Made by a program: the position numbers and the translations under genes. Below the pieces are notes generated by a model that worked only from the letters and a program-made list of their open reading frames with translations, ran no database searches and was not told the DNA's origin. Shown here one piece after another: positions 8,201-17,800 of a stretch of DNA of 34,698 nt. Each line of letters opens with the position of its first letter. Positions within the stretch are counted from its first letter, which is position 1. This DNA is from a virus (taxonomy: Duplodnaviria; Caudoviricetes), in IMG/VR virus record IMGVR_UViG_3300032301_001585, positions 1 to 34,698 of that record, one strand, 5' to 3'.

Positions 8201-11155
8201 CCATCTTATATTTTTAAAGATGCATTAAAGGTAAGAAGTGATGCGGTACTTAATTATCTAGTAATTGATAATAGTAAATATTTAAGATATTACCAAACAT
8301 TAGATGGTAACAAACAACAAAAATTAGATATTGATATTATTCAAGATAATTTACGTGATGAAATACAAAAAGGCGAAGCTCTTTTAGGAACTTTTGTGCA
8401 TCAAACGCTATCAATAATAGCGTCTAAGATTTTAACTGGCGCTTTAGATATATCTAATTTAAACCCTATAATTAATTTATTAAGAGCTTTTGATATATAT
8501 GCTAGAAGCAATGTGGCTGATTCACAAGATACCACTATAAGATTAGACAATTTATACAAACAACTTAATTTAGGCAGTGGTCAAGAGGCTAATGCACTTT
8601 TTGCTGCAGAAGAAGGAGCAGCAGTTTATTTAAGTGTTTGTGCTCAAATAGAAGCTAACAAACAAAAATTAGAGGAAGTTATACCGCTAGCCACAAATAT
8701 CAATTCAGCAGATAGTGCTTATTTATCTTCCAATATTACACTTTATAATAATCTTAACGGTTTATTAGAAGCTACTTTAACACAGTATAGAGCAGTACAA
8801 AGATATTATAAGACAGTTTTAAAATCTAAGGTTTCATATCCAGATTTTGGCTTAGAGTATATAACCTCATTACAAAAATTAAATTTAAGAAGTGGCCAAC
8901 AAATATCAACATATTACAGTGGCACATTATATGATTTGCAACAAATAAATGTTACAAGAAATAACAAAAATTATATTAAAATTACACAAGCAAATCAAGT
9001 AGATACAGATATTACAAATTATATTACCAATAGTATTTCTTCTGGTGGTTTGGGAGTTACAGACTTAAATAATCTTACAAAAGAAGATTTATTTAATATT
9101 TTTATAAATAAATCAATTGAAAAATACGGGTTTTCAAATCCTAATTCTACAAGAATTGAGAATGCTGATAATTCTTATGAACAATTTAAATATATAAATC
9201 AAAAATTATTTGATAGCGTAAAGCAAAGAATTAATACAAAAGAAAATAAGTTTTTATTTCTTAAAGATTCAAACGGCATTGTTTCTTCTGCCATAGCTGA
9301 AACAGGCAGTGGCCAACCATTTACGCAATATTTAAAATTAGTTGTTAAACAAACACCACAACAAAAAGCCTGCGGTATTCGTCCACATTATCTAGATATT
9401 GATTCTATTAAAAAAGATATTTCTGATGAAAAAGCAAAAAACGTTTGTGTAGAAAAAATAGTAGATGAAAAAATTAAAAACAACGAGCCTGTTAATTCTA
9501 GAGAAATAGAAAAGATGGAAACAACAGGAACTCAAAAGACTATGCTTGCTGGCGCATATAGATTAACTTTAAGAACGTTTTTACATGATATTCTTTTAAG
9601 GTCTATTGGTATTTTTGGATGTTACGACCCACAATCATTAAGAGATGAACCCGCATTTGTGGAATTTATGACTGACATGGCGGAATCAGAAATGCGTGGA
9701 ATGGATAATACATTTTTCAATATGATGACCGGCTTCTTATTACAAAAATATAATGATGAAAATCCGGATGAAGAAATTGTAAATCAAAGATTAAAGAAAA
9801 GAGAATTGTTGCTTAGATTAGTAAAAACAGAATTATCCGATTATGTTTTACCAAAATTGGCAAAACGTATTGATGTTGATACTAATTCATCTCTAGTACT
9901 TAATACGCCACCAGATAATCCAATTAAATTGGTTAATATAAAAGAAGATATTTTTAATTTAGGATTATTGACTGTAAAGAATAAAGCAATTTATATAAAA
10001 ATTAAAAATAAAGTATCATCAAAAATTACTCTTGGCACTAACGCTGGTACAGCAGCAAAAACTTCATTTTTAGAAATAGAACAAAAAATATATGAAAATT
10101 TAAACGCCGATAGTGATATAGCCGTTAAATTAGAATTTATTGGTGGAATAGAATATGATTTTTTGTTTAAATATATTTTTCCCGTAACCCAAACTTTAAA
10201 TTATTTGTTTATTCTTGATTGTTTGTCAACAACCACAAGAAGACAAATTGTACAAGCTTTTAAAGATACTAAAAAAGACATTATTCTTACCACTAAGTTA
10301 ATTCAAACAAACGGACAAAAAATAGTACCTGACCCAAATAATGCTCAAGCCGTAAATGATACTAATATTGCAGAAATAATGGCTAAATTCATTATTAAAG
10401 CACTTATTAAGACACCTATTTCAATTATTAAGGGTATGGCAGAAGGTTCAGAACCAAATATAGCTTTAATTTCTACAGCATATAAAGCAGCTAAGATTTT
10501 TAAACCAGATTTAACATCTTTTATGATACCAGCCACTTCCATACCGCTTGGAACCATACCGACTCCAATTACTTGTCCATTGCCATACATTAATCCAATA
10601 TTAGCCGCCACTTATTTTGGTACTTTAGGTTGGTATGACGATAGCACAAACCCAATAACTGACACACTAGACAATTTAGAAAAAAATATCGGTAAAGAAG
10701 AAATTGTTTGCAGTACAGATACAAAGAATGAGGATTTGTATTACTTAACCAATGGGCAATCAATCGGCGTTGGAAACTATAATCTTCAAGCAAATCAAGT
10801 ATTTACAAATACATATGGCGAAACAACACCAGAACAAGCGGTAGAGCAGATTAAACAACAATTAAAAGAAAAAGTTATACAAAAGATATTATCTGAACCA
10901 CAAATTAGTGCTGTATCAGTTGTCACAGAAAACGATAAGAGAATAATTATCTTAGCATCTATTAGCAAACCGGAGCATGTTGTAGATACCGTAAGCGATA
11001 AAGATTATTCAGCAGCATTAGCCGATGCAACACAAAATATTTTAACTAAAGAAGCGCAAATAAATAAAAATAACCAACCTGACTCTTCTAAGCAGGCACA
11101 AGGTGAGGAAGGTGGGGCTAAACCAACTGCTAGTGCTAAAAATAGCAGAGAATAA
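5300..11155 (+). CDS. Large (1951 aa) mostly helical virion-associated protein, function unknown
   Basis: Uninterrupted ORF in the baseplate cluster. N-terminal SH3b-like segment (WAKIKTTDNKIGYV), Gly/Ala hydrophobic stretch, hydrophobic Pro-rich segment near the C-terminus. Confidence 0.8.
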   Translation: MFNPDSFKIPVIPSSPTHKAKDKIFFLVTEDGLPPETSVSFSKRTPTIQIDTEFIVLDYGLGPEARWAKIKTTDNKIGYVFISGIQPLENTKPFFSLNIEEKNQPNPSAKDIDWTTQPPMTVYEDEKNGAYVVHYELVDVTGYKDDRELLGYMYQARTEGTKLILEHYGKSADYSTLNNLLDNYYSFSSAEEYLIYPRPCSSLRVLVAIPKRYLNAKSLDLIPNPQEFQPEPPKVKSSQKLPNDSYFTLTFKDYAEYEDYFNKLIEILNHYDVSFKTRLWSIEPDTVSVNFSEEANNIKKLFNSINELIKKNYSQNVKEERPDIFTKPKEKWLYSLDLVIDKKNVSLATIIYYNQGIRLNLTNGITNFLNSQEVKNKTSINYFVTFDAKKDSRDALKEALKNAAAAAPGGIIAGPGGVAAAALTGFGTGLLGGNPEEEIKKFLTSKHYPIIANVSPQPVDLFNCTVDTLTRIKDLASIKAPSEIKKYQLLNKAYESAQKKKEADLFIRSLTDLSQVKDKNFRILFGIDPPKGDTAKQQLNSYIAVAKSLDWARFIGLATQCLAKSLPPEIVGELLKKYQEARKFLEQIFLATVCNPYLKNGLKIINGFELPTLQTYNPNQSLADEIEKATIKLLNDLLAEGIKKALEAASKACLGDPAANFNNNAPFTNPIDQNANLNDPTLSDLLDDFYGSLKNAAGPLSETDKNAAKEKLNSLVADITSCLTLTEICKLYKGESLNDEVYQIIISLVKRKYGTPFTEKFNNREYINHFFRTLGSRLDLSICPDIAAGEGPIGTANILCDDGRVQNLRKDILSNKGLTPEMIDALLEDIRKKETKNLEDVLKILNSDNPFDFSSAPDLGCKVFPNGETIGPSAESFNQMLNTMFGSVYNTFDREAEEWYKTTFSIKNDSKPNFLEFVDGQIKPKENITVPTEQGDAVRANSGKDTPDNQRDNSNKSTGGGGDEIKLPSYIFKDALKVRSDAVLNYLVIDNSKYLRYYQTLDGNKQQKLDIDIIQDNLRDEIQKGEALLGTFVHQTLSIIASKILTGALDISNLNPIINLLRAFDIYARSNVADSQDTTIRLDNLYKQLNLGSGQEANALFAAEEGAAVYLSVCAQIEANKQKLEEVIPLATNINSADSAYLSSNITLYNNLNGLLEATLTQYRAVQRYYKTVLKSKVSYPDFGLEYITSLQKLNLRSGQQISTYYSGTLYDLQQINVTRNNKNYIKITQANQVDTDITNYITNSISSGGLGVTDLNNLTKEDLFNIFINKSIEKYGFSNPNSTRIENADNSYEQFKYINQKLFDSVKQRINTKENKFLFLKDSNGIVSSAIAETGSGQPFTQYLKLVVKQTPQQKACGIRPHYLDIDSIKKDISDEKAKNVCVEKIVDEKIKNNEPVNSREIEKMETTGTQKTMLAGAYRLTLRTFLHDILLRSIGIFGCYDPQSLRDEPAFVEFMTDMAESEMRGMDNTFFNMMTGFLLQKYNDENPDEEIVNQRLKKRELLLRLVKTELSDYVLPKLAKRIDVDTNSSLVLNTPPDNPIKLVNIKEDIFNLGLLTVKNKAIYIKIKNKVSSKITLGTNAGTAAKTSFLEIEQKIYENLNADSDIAVKLEFIGGIEYDFLFKYIFPVTQTLNYLFILDCLSTTTRRQIVQAFKDTKKDIILTTKLIQTNGQKIVPDPNNAQAVNDTNIAEIMAKFIIKALIKTPISIIKGMAEGSEPNIALISTAYKAAKIFKPDLTSFMIPATSIPLGTIPTPITCPLPYINPILAATYFGTLGWYDDSTNPITDTLDNLEKNIGKEEIVCSTDTKNEDLYYLTNGQSIGVGNYNLQANQVFTNTYGETTPEQAVEQIKQQLKEKVIQKILSEPQISAVSVVTENDKRIIILASISKPEHVVDTVSDKDYSAALADATQNILTKEAQINKNNQPDSSKQAQGEEGGAKPTASAKNSRE

Positions 11156-11168
11156 GAGGAATAAATAA

Positions 11169-11546
11169 ATGCAAGGATATTCACCAAAATTACCATTAAT
11201 ATATGACCAAACAAATGATGGCGTTTATGCCCTAAACAAGACTATTTTAGATACAATAAGACAGAATTTAAAAATGCTTATTTTAACCAGCCCGGGCGAA
11301 AGAATAATGGATTCCAATTTTGGTGTTGGAATAAGAAATTTTTTATTTGAGCAAGATATTCAAGCTGTGCGTGACCAGCTGCAAAAAAAAATCATTAATC
11401 AGGTATCAATATATTTAAACTATATAACCATAACTGAAATAAATATTTCACCCCCCGGCAGTAATGACCAAAATATCATGTTCTTAAATATACGTTATAT
11501 AGTTCCAAGCCTGAACGTAAATGATGAACTAAATATTGAATCATAG
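11169..11546 (+). CDS. Baseplate wedge subunit, GPW/gp25 family
   Basis: IRQNLKMLILTSPGERIMDSNFGVGIRNFLFE is the gp25 signature. SD GAGGA upstream. Confidence 0.93.
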   Translation: MQGYSPKLPLIYDQTNDGVYALNKTILDTIRQNLKMLILTSPGERIMDSNFGVGIRNFLFEQDIQAVRDQLQKKIINQVSIYLNYITITEINISPPGSNDQNIMFLNIRYIVPSLNVNDELNIES

Positions 11547-11547
11547 T

Positions 11548-11556
11548 CTATTTATA
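11548..11556 (+). promoter_or_regulatory. Candidate late promoter CTATTTATA upstream of the gp6-like gene
   Basis: Motif in a 28-nt gap, followed by GAGGA and ATG at 11575; same spacing as the copy at 756. Confidence 0.6.
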
Positions 11557-11574
11557 TTATTGAGGAACAAATAA

Positions 11575-13380
11575 ATGGCTAAAAAAATAGTACCAATAAA
11601 TTATACGAGCAGAGATTTTCAAAGTATTAAAGATGATTTAATACAACATGCGAAAAGGTACTATTCTGACGTATATAAGGATTTCAATCAAGCATCTTTT
11701 GGTTCTTTAATGCTTGATACTACCGCTTATATTGGTGATATTTTATCTTTTTATCTTGATTATCAAGCGAACGAAAGCTTTTTGGATACTGCCGCAGAAT
11801 TTGAAAACATTATTAAACTTGGCAGACAAGTAGGATATAAATTCGCCAATACTAACTCATCTACTGGAATTGTTACCTTTTTCATCTCTATTCCAGCAAG
11901 TACAAGCGGTTTAGGGCCAAATATGGATTATGCGCCAGTATTAAAAAAGGGAAGCTCTTTTTCTACTAAATCTGGCACAAGATTTATTTTAAATGAAGAT
12001 GTTAGATTTGATGACCCAAGAAATGAAATAAGAGTCAGCCTAGCAGATTCTGATACAGGTTTTCCACTATATTATGCCATTAAGGCACAAGGAACAGTAG
12101 TTTCTGGCATTATTTCATCTGAAAGAATAACTGTTGGCGATTATAAAAGATATCAAAAGTTTACTCTTTCTCAATTAGATATTATTGAAATAATCTCTAT
12201 ATACGACTTAGAAGGTAATCAATATTATGAAGTAGATAATTTATCACAAAATATAATTTATAGGTCTGTAACAAATAGAGATTTAAATGACGCCGCTTTA
12301 GCAAGAGAAGTATTAAAGCCAATCATGGTGCCAAGAAGATTCGTTGTTGATAGAAATCTAAGAACCACTAGCATTCAATTTGGCGCCAGTTCTGATGTTG
12401 TATTAAACGATAACGATAGCATGATAGCTGAACCAACAAATGTTGTACTAAACATGTTTGGTAAAGATTATGTTTCAAGCGATTATTTTGACCCAACTAA
12501 GCTTTTAAATAGCGATAAAATGGGAGTTGCGCCATCTAATACGGAATTAATTGTTACATATCGTTATAATAACACTAATCAAACAGTTAATTTTGCCACT
12601 AATACTCTTGTTAAGGTTGTAGCTCCTATTTTTGAATTTGTAACTGAAGTTGGCTTAAGTAACACGGCTTTAAGTTTAGTTAAAGGCACCTTAGAGATTG
12701 TTAATGAAGTGCCATTATTGGGTGATACTACAGTTATTGATTCAGAAGAATTAAAAAAGAGAATAGAAAGTTCTTTTTCTACACAAGGCCGTGCTGTTAC
12801 AGAACAAGATTATAAATCTTTAATATATTCTATGCCTAATAAATATGGTTCTGTTAAAAGGGCTGCAATAATTCGTGACAATAATTCATTAAAAAGAAAT
12901 TTGAATCTTTATGTTTTATGTGATGGTCCTGATGGTTTATTAACGATAGGTAATCAAACAGTAAAAAATAATATTAAAAATTGGCTTTTAAGAAATAAAA
13001 TGATTAACGATTCTATAGATATTTTAGATGGCAAAGTAGTAAATTATGGAATTACATTTACCGCTATTGGCTCAAATGATAAATCTAAATATGATATTTT
13101 AACCGATGCAGTTAATCAATTAAAAGCTGATTTTTCTATGTTACCTGATTTTGGTGAAGTACTAAATATTACAGATGTTTATAATTCTTTAAAAAAGGTA
13201 AACGGAATCATAGACGTTGTATCAGTTTCAATAGATGAAAAAATTGGTGGCGTTTATTCTGATTCACAGTTTAGTTTTAAAGCTAATACTTCTAGCGACG
13301 GAAGATATATAAATGTTCCTGCAAATGTAGTAATGGAATTAAAATATCCAAATAGTGACATAAAAGGAACCATTCTCTAA
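11575..13380 (+). CDS. Baseplate wedge subunit, T4 gp6/baseplate J-like
   Basis: INYTSRDFQSIK..L, AYIGDILSFYLDYQANESFLDTA, LGRQVGYK, IQFG and RAVTEQDY motifs; follows gp25. Confidence 0.92.
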   Translation: MAKKIVPINYTSRDFQSIKDDLIQHAKRYYSDVYKDFNQASFGSLMLDTTAYIGDILSFYLDYQANESFLDTAAEFENIIKLGRQVGYKFANTNSSTGIVTFFISIPASTSGLGPNMDYAPVLKKGSSFSTKSGTRFILNEDVRFDDPRNEIRVSLADSDTGFPLYYAIKAQGTVVSGIISSERITVGDYKRYQKFTLSQLDIIEIISIYDLEGNQYYEVDNLSQNIIYRSVTNRDLNDAALAREVLKPIMVPRRFVVDRNLRTTSIQFGASSDVVLNDNDSMIAEPTNVVLNMFGKDYVSSDYFDPTKLLNSDKMGVAPSNTELIVTYRYNNTNQTVNFATNTLVKVVAPIFEFVTEVGLSNTALSLVKGTLEIVNEVPLLGDTTVIDSEELKKRIESSFSTQGRAVTEQDYKSLIYSMPNKYGSVKRAAIIRDNNSLKRNLNLYVLCDGPDGLLTIGNQTVKNNIKNWLLRNKMINDSIDILDGKVVNYGITFTAIGSNDKSKYDILTDAVNQLKADFSMLPDFGEVLNITDVYNSLKKVNGIIDVVSVSIDEKIGGVYSDSQFSFKANTSSDGRYINVPANVVMELKYPNSDIKGTIL

Positions 13381-14810
13381 TGTCTATTAAAAAATTTATA
13401 GCCGAAAAAGATACAACTATCACTAATGCCTATAAGGAAAACTTAATGACAAGAGGCATTAACTCTAATATGGGTGCAGCCGATTCTTTAGAAGTGTTTT
13501 CTATCTATGGACAAGCATCAACATCTTCTTTGGAAAAGAGTAGAATCTTAGTTCAATTTCCTATCAACGATATAGCTGCCGATAGAGCAGCGGGAAAAAT
13601 CCCTGCTAGCGGAAGTGTGGAGTTTTATTTAAGGCTTTATAACGTTGTACATCCTTTTAGCGTACCAAGAGATTTTTCAATGACCATTAATCCCGTGTCA
13701 AGTTCTTGGAATGAAGGTTATGGGTTAGACATGGAAGGCTATTCAGACAATGGTTTTATTTCTGGTTCTGGTGGCATCGGCGCTACTTGGATATCATCTG
13801 TTAGCGGTACTAGCTGGGCTATGCAAGGTGCCGATTATCTTACAGGCTCAGGATATGATTTATCTGCAAGTTTTAAAACAGGTTTAGAAGATATAGAATT
13901 AAACATCACCAGTTTAACCGAACAATGGATAACAGGTGCTTTAGGAAATAATGGCCTTTTAATTAAACTTTCTTCCTCTTTTGAAAATGGCTCTGCGCTA
14001 CAGAGTTTCTATACTAAGAAATTTTCTGCAAGAGGCTCTCAATACTATTTCAATAGACCATGCATTGAGGCACGCTGGAATCCTTCTGTAACAGATGATA
14101 GAAACAATTTTTATGCTTCAAGCAATCTCTTAAGTTCAACAGATAATAGAATGAATTTGTACTTTTATAATAAAGTTGGTGGAGCATTAAAAAATATATT
14201 TGGAAATCCAGTTCCAACCGTACAATTTTATGCAGATTCAAATTTTTCTAGTTCTGTTTCTGCTTCATATCTTTCAGTTTCTAACCCTTTACCCGGTATA
14301 TATAAAGCTGTAGTTGTTTTAGATACCACCGCTAGCGTTATATATGACAAATGGGTAAATGCCCTTACGTCATCAACAAAATACTTCTCTGGCTCTTTTG
14401 ATGTTTCTCAAAGAGAGAGTGATACAGTAAGCGATTTACCACAATATATTATTAATATAACAAACTTGAAGCCTTCTTACAACCAAAACGAGCAAGCTAG
14501 ATTTAATATTTTTGTTCGTGAAAAAGATTGGCAACCAAATATTTATACAGTTGCTTATAATAATGTAGAAAATACATCAATTCCTAATTTATATTACAAA
14601 ATTTTTAGATTCAATGATAATTATACCGTAGTAAATTATTCCACTGGCTCATTAGCATATTCTAAGACATCTTACGATTCAAATGGAAATTATTTTGATT
14701 TAGACATGAATATTTTTGAAAAAGAATACGGATATGGTATAAAATTAGCCTTGTGGGATGGTAACACATTACAAGAATTTAAAGATGTATATAAATTTAG
14801 GATTAACTAA
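13380..14810 (+). CDS. Virion structural protein, possible DNRLRE-like beta-sandwich N-domain
   Basis: TAATG overlap with the gp6-like gene. KDTTI...NMG....LEV...SRILVQF...LRL...WNEG...NNGLLIK...F....P.IE pattern. Confidence 0.6.
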   Translation: MSIKKFIAEKDTTITNAYKENLMTRGINSNMGAADSLEVFSIYGQASTSSLEKSRILVQFPINDIAADRAAGKIPASGSVEFYLRLYNVVHPFSVPRDFSMTINPVSSSWNEGYGLDMEGYSDNGFISGSGGIGATWISSVSGTSWAMQGADYLTGSGYDLSASFKTGLEDIELNITSLTEQWITGALGNNGLLIKLSSSFENGSALQSFYTKKFSARGSQYYFNRPCIEARWNPSVTDDRNNFYASSNLLSSTDNRMNLYFYNKVGGALKNIFGNPVPTVQFYADSNFSSSVSASYLSVSNPLPGIYKAVVVLDTTASVIYDKWVNALTSSTKYFSGSFDVSQRESDTVSDLPQYIINITNLKPSYNQNEQARFNIFVREKDWQPNIYTVAYNNVENTSIPNLYYKIFRFNDNYTVVNYSTGSLAYSKTSYDSNGNYFDLDMNIFEKEYGYGIKLALWDGNTLQEFKDVYKFRIN

Positions 14811-14812
14811 AT

Positions 14813-17800
14813 ATGGCATTGAAAGACTTATTTGGTAAAACAACTGAAAAGGTTGTTACCAAACAACAATTGCAGGATTTATATAATCAGGCCGAATCAC
14901 AAGAATATATTGAACAAGTTTTAGAAGATAAAGAGAGATATTTACCTCTTGTTGATTTTTCTTCTGCTTCTAATTTTGCTCATTATGGTTCTGCTGAAAA
15001 GTATTATGTTGATGCCATTAAAAACATATACCAAAACTATCCTTACGATGGCTCTAAAAAAGAAAAACAAGAATGGAGAAATGGTTCTTCTCAATTAGAC
15101 TTATATATTTTTGATGAAATTTATCCAAAAACAACAGGTTATGTTTCTCTAAGTTCTAGTGCTACATTAAGCAACATAGGTGGTTATCGCTCTTCTTCTG
15201 CTCCACAATATATAAAAATTAAAGGTGGACCAAATCCTTCTTCTACGGGTAATTTTGAAACTGCCAATTTATATGATTTAGATGCCAACAGAGAATCAAA
15301 CTTAGGTATAACTTCAAACGGTAATACCGTAGAATTCTGGTTTAAAGACGACTTAACATCTTCTAATGCAAATTATAACTATGCTTATGCATTATTTGAT
15401 TTATGGAACGGCGTAACAGCTAGCTCAAGCGACTATACAAGATTAGCATTAACAAAGATAAGCGGCTCTAATAAATTTGCTGTCACTTATCGTTCTGGTT
15501 CAGCAGGTATAACTCAAGAAACATTAAATTATACTTTTGATTCTTCTACTTGGCATCATTATGCTTTTTCGTTTGCAAACTATAACACAAATGATTTAGA
15601 AGTTTGTTTATATATTGATGGTAATCAAGTCCTACGTTCTGTGTATGTCGCTAGTGGCAGCATCAGTTTAGCAAACAACGCATACCTTGTTGCTAACGTT
15701 GGTGCCTTAAGAGCAAGTTTAATTTCTGCTAGTACTGCTTCAGCTAATTTAGGCTCCTCATATGGCTCATACGATGAATTCCGTTTCTGGAAATCTACTA
15801 GAACATCGCAACAAATTTATAGGAGTTGGAATACACAAGTTGGTGGCGGTGCTAATACCGATGAAGCTAATAAAGATTTAGGAGTATATTTAAAATTTAA
15901 CGAAGGTGTAGCAGATGATACAAATGTTAATGATTTAGATAAGATTTGCTTAGATTACTCAGGACGTGTTTCTAACGGAACAATAATTAATTATGTTGTT
16001 TCTTCTAAAAATACTGGTTCTGCTATTGATACATACTTTGGTGTAACACAAGAAAATAAAGACCCAATTGTATTTTCTGGTAACCCATTAGTACAAAACA
16101 TATTAGAAACATATACAGATTTAGGCTTTCAACACGACCAAAATAATACTTCAAACATATATAAAACATTTCCTGCTTGGATTACCGAAGAAGCTGAAAA
16201 AAAGGGCTATCAAGACTTATCGCAATTAATTCAAATCATATCAAGTTATTTTGATACATTGTATTTGCAAATTGAAAGCTTGCCAAAAATTAAAAATTTA
16301 GATTACGATACACAATCTGGAAAACCAAAACCATTCGCTAAATCTCTTTTAAGTTCCAACGGATTCCAGAATTTAGAATTATTTAATGATACAACATTCT
16401 TAGAAGACGTATTATCAAGAAATGATTCTGCGGAATTTGAAGAAAAATTGCACAATGTAAAGAATGCAATATATCAAAATATTTATAACAATTTATCTTA
16501 TATTTATAAGAGTAAGGGTACCGAAAAATCTCTTCGTAATTTAATTCGTTGTTTTGGCGTGGATGACGATTTAGTAAAAATTAACTTATATGCTGATAAT
16601 GCTCAATATAATTTAGAAAATAAATACACTTATACAACAACAACTAAAAAATTTGTTGATTTTAACAATCCCGATAGAAATACAGGCTATATTTATCAAA
16701 AGGCGAAAACAGGCGATTCTAACACTTATGCTTTTATTCCGGGTAGTGCAGCCGATTATCTTGACCATGTACCTTTAACAATTCAAGCAGAAGTTATATT
16801 TCCAAAAAATCCAATTATTGATAGTGACAAGTACAATGTCAATAATTTTGAAACTTCATCGTTATACGGTATACATACCGCTCTAGGCGACCCAAATAAT
16901 TTTTCTTGGGGTGGTGATGAATTTAATTTTCAAGTATATTCCGTTAGAAAATTTATTGGCAGCGAAGAAGCATACTTCTTAGTAACCGGCTCTTTTGCTG
17001 GTTATCCAGTTCAATTATCAACAAGCATATTTAAAGATGTTTATGATAATCAAAAATGGAATTTTGCAGTACGCATAAAACCAGAAAATTATCCACACAA
17101 TAATTTGGCTTCTGGTAGCGGTGAAAGTAATTATACATTTGAATTTGTAGGCATTAATTCAATAGCAGACAGTGTTGATAATAGTTTCTCTTTAACTGCT
17201 AGTGTTCCAAACTTTAATATGACAACCGCTTTGGCTAAAAACAAGCGTGTTTATGCAGGTGCACATTATACAGATTTTGATAATACAAGATTAAAACATA
17301 GAACAGATGTAAAAATCAGTTCAGTTCGTTTTTGGTTTGATTATTTATCTGATACTGAGTTGGAGGCCCATTCTTACAATGCAGCTAATGTTGGTAGACA
17401 GTATCCTAATTGGCCAGCTGCTTTTATTGCTAGTTTATCTGGTTCATTAGCCTCTAGCGCTCCAATAACAAAACTTGACACATTGGCACTTCATTGGAAT
17501 TTCTTTAATGTATCTTCGTCGGATACCAATGGACAATTCATAGTTGAAGATGCATCATCTGGTTCTCTAGAATCTGTATCACAGTATGGTCTTGATTGGT
17601 TTGGTAGTATTGCTAAATATCAATTCCCCGGCTTTGCAGATGAATTTTTAGCTAGCGATTCTCAAGTAGTAAATAAAGAATATGTTTTCTCCGCTAAACA
17701 ACAAAATCCCGAAACATTAAACGGTAATGATTTAGTACAAATACTTGATACTGATGACGTAACCAGAACAAAAGATAGCAAACCAATACAATATTATATT

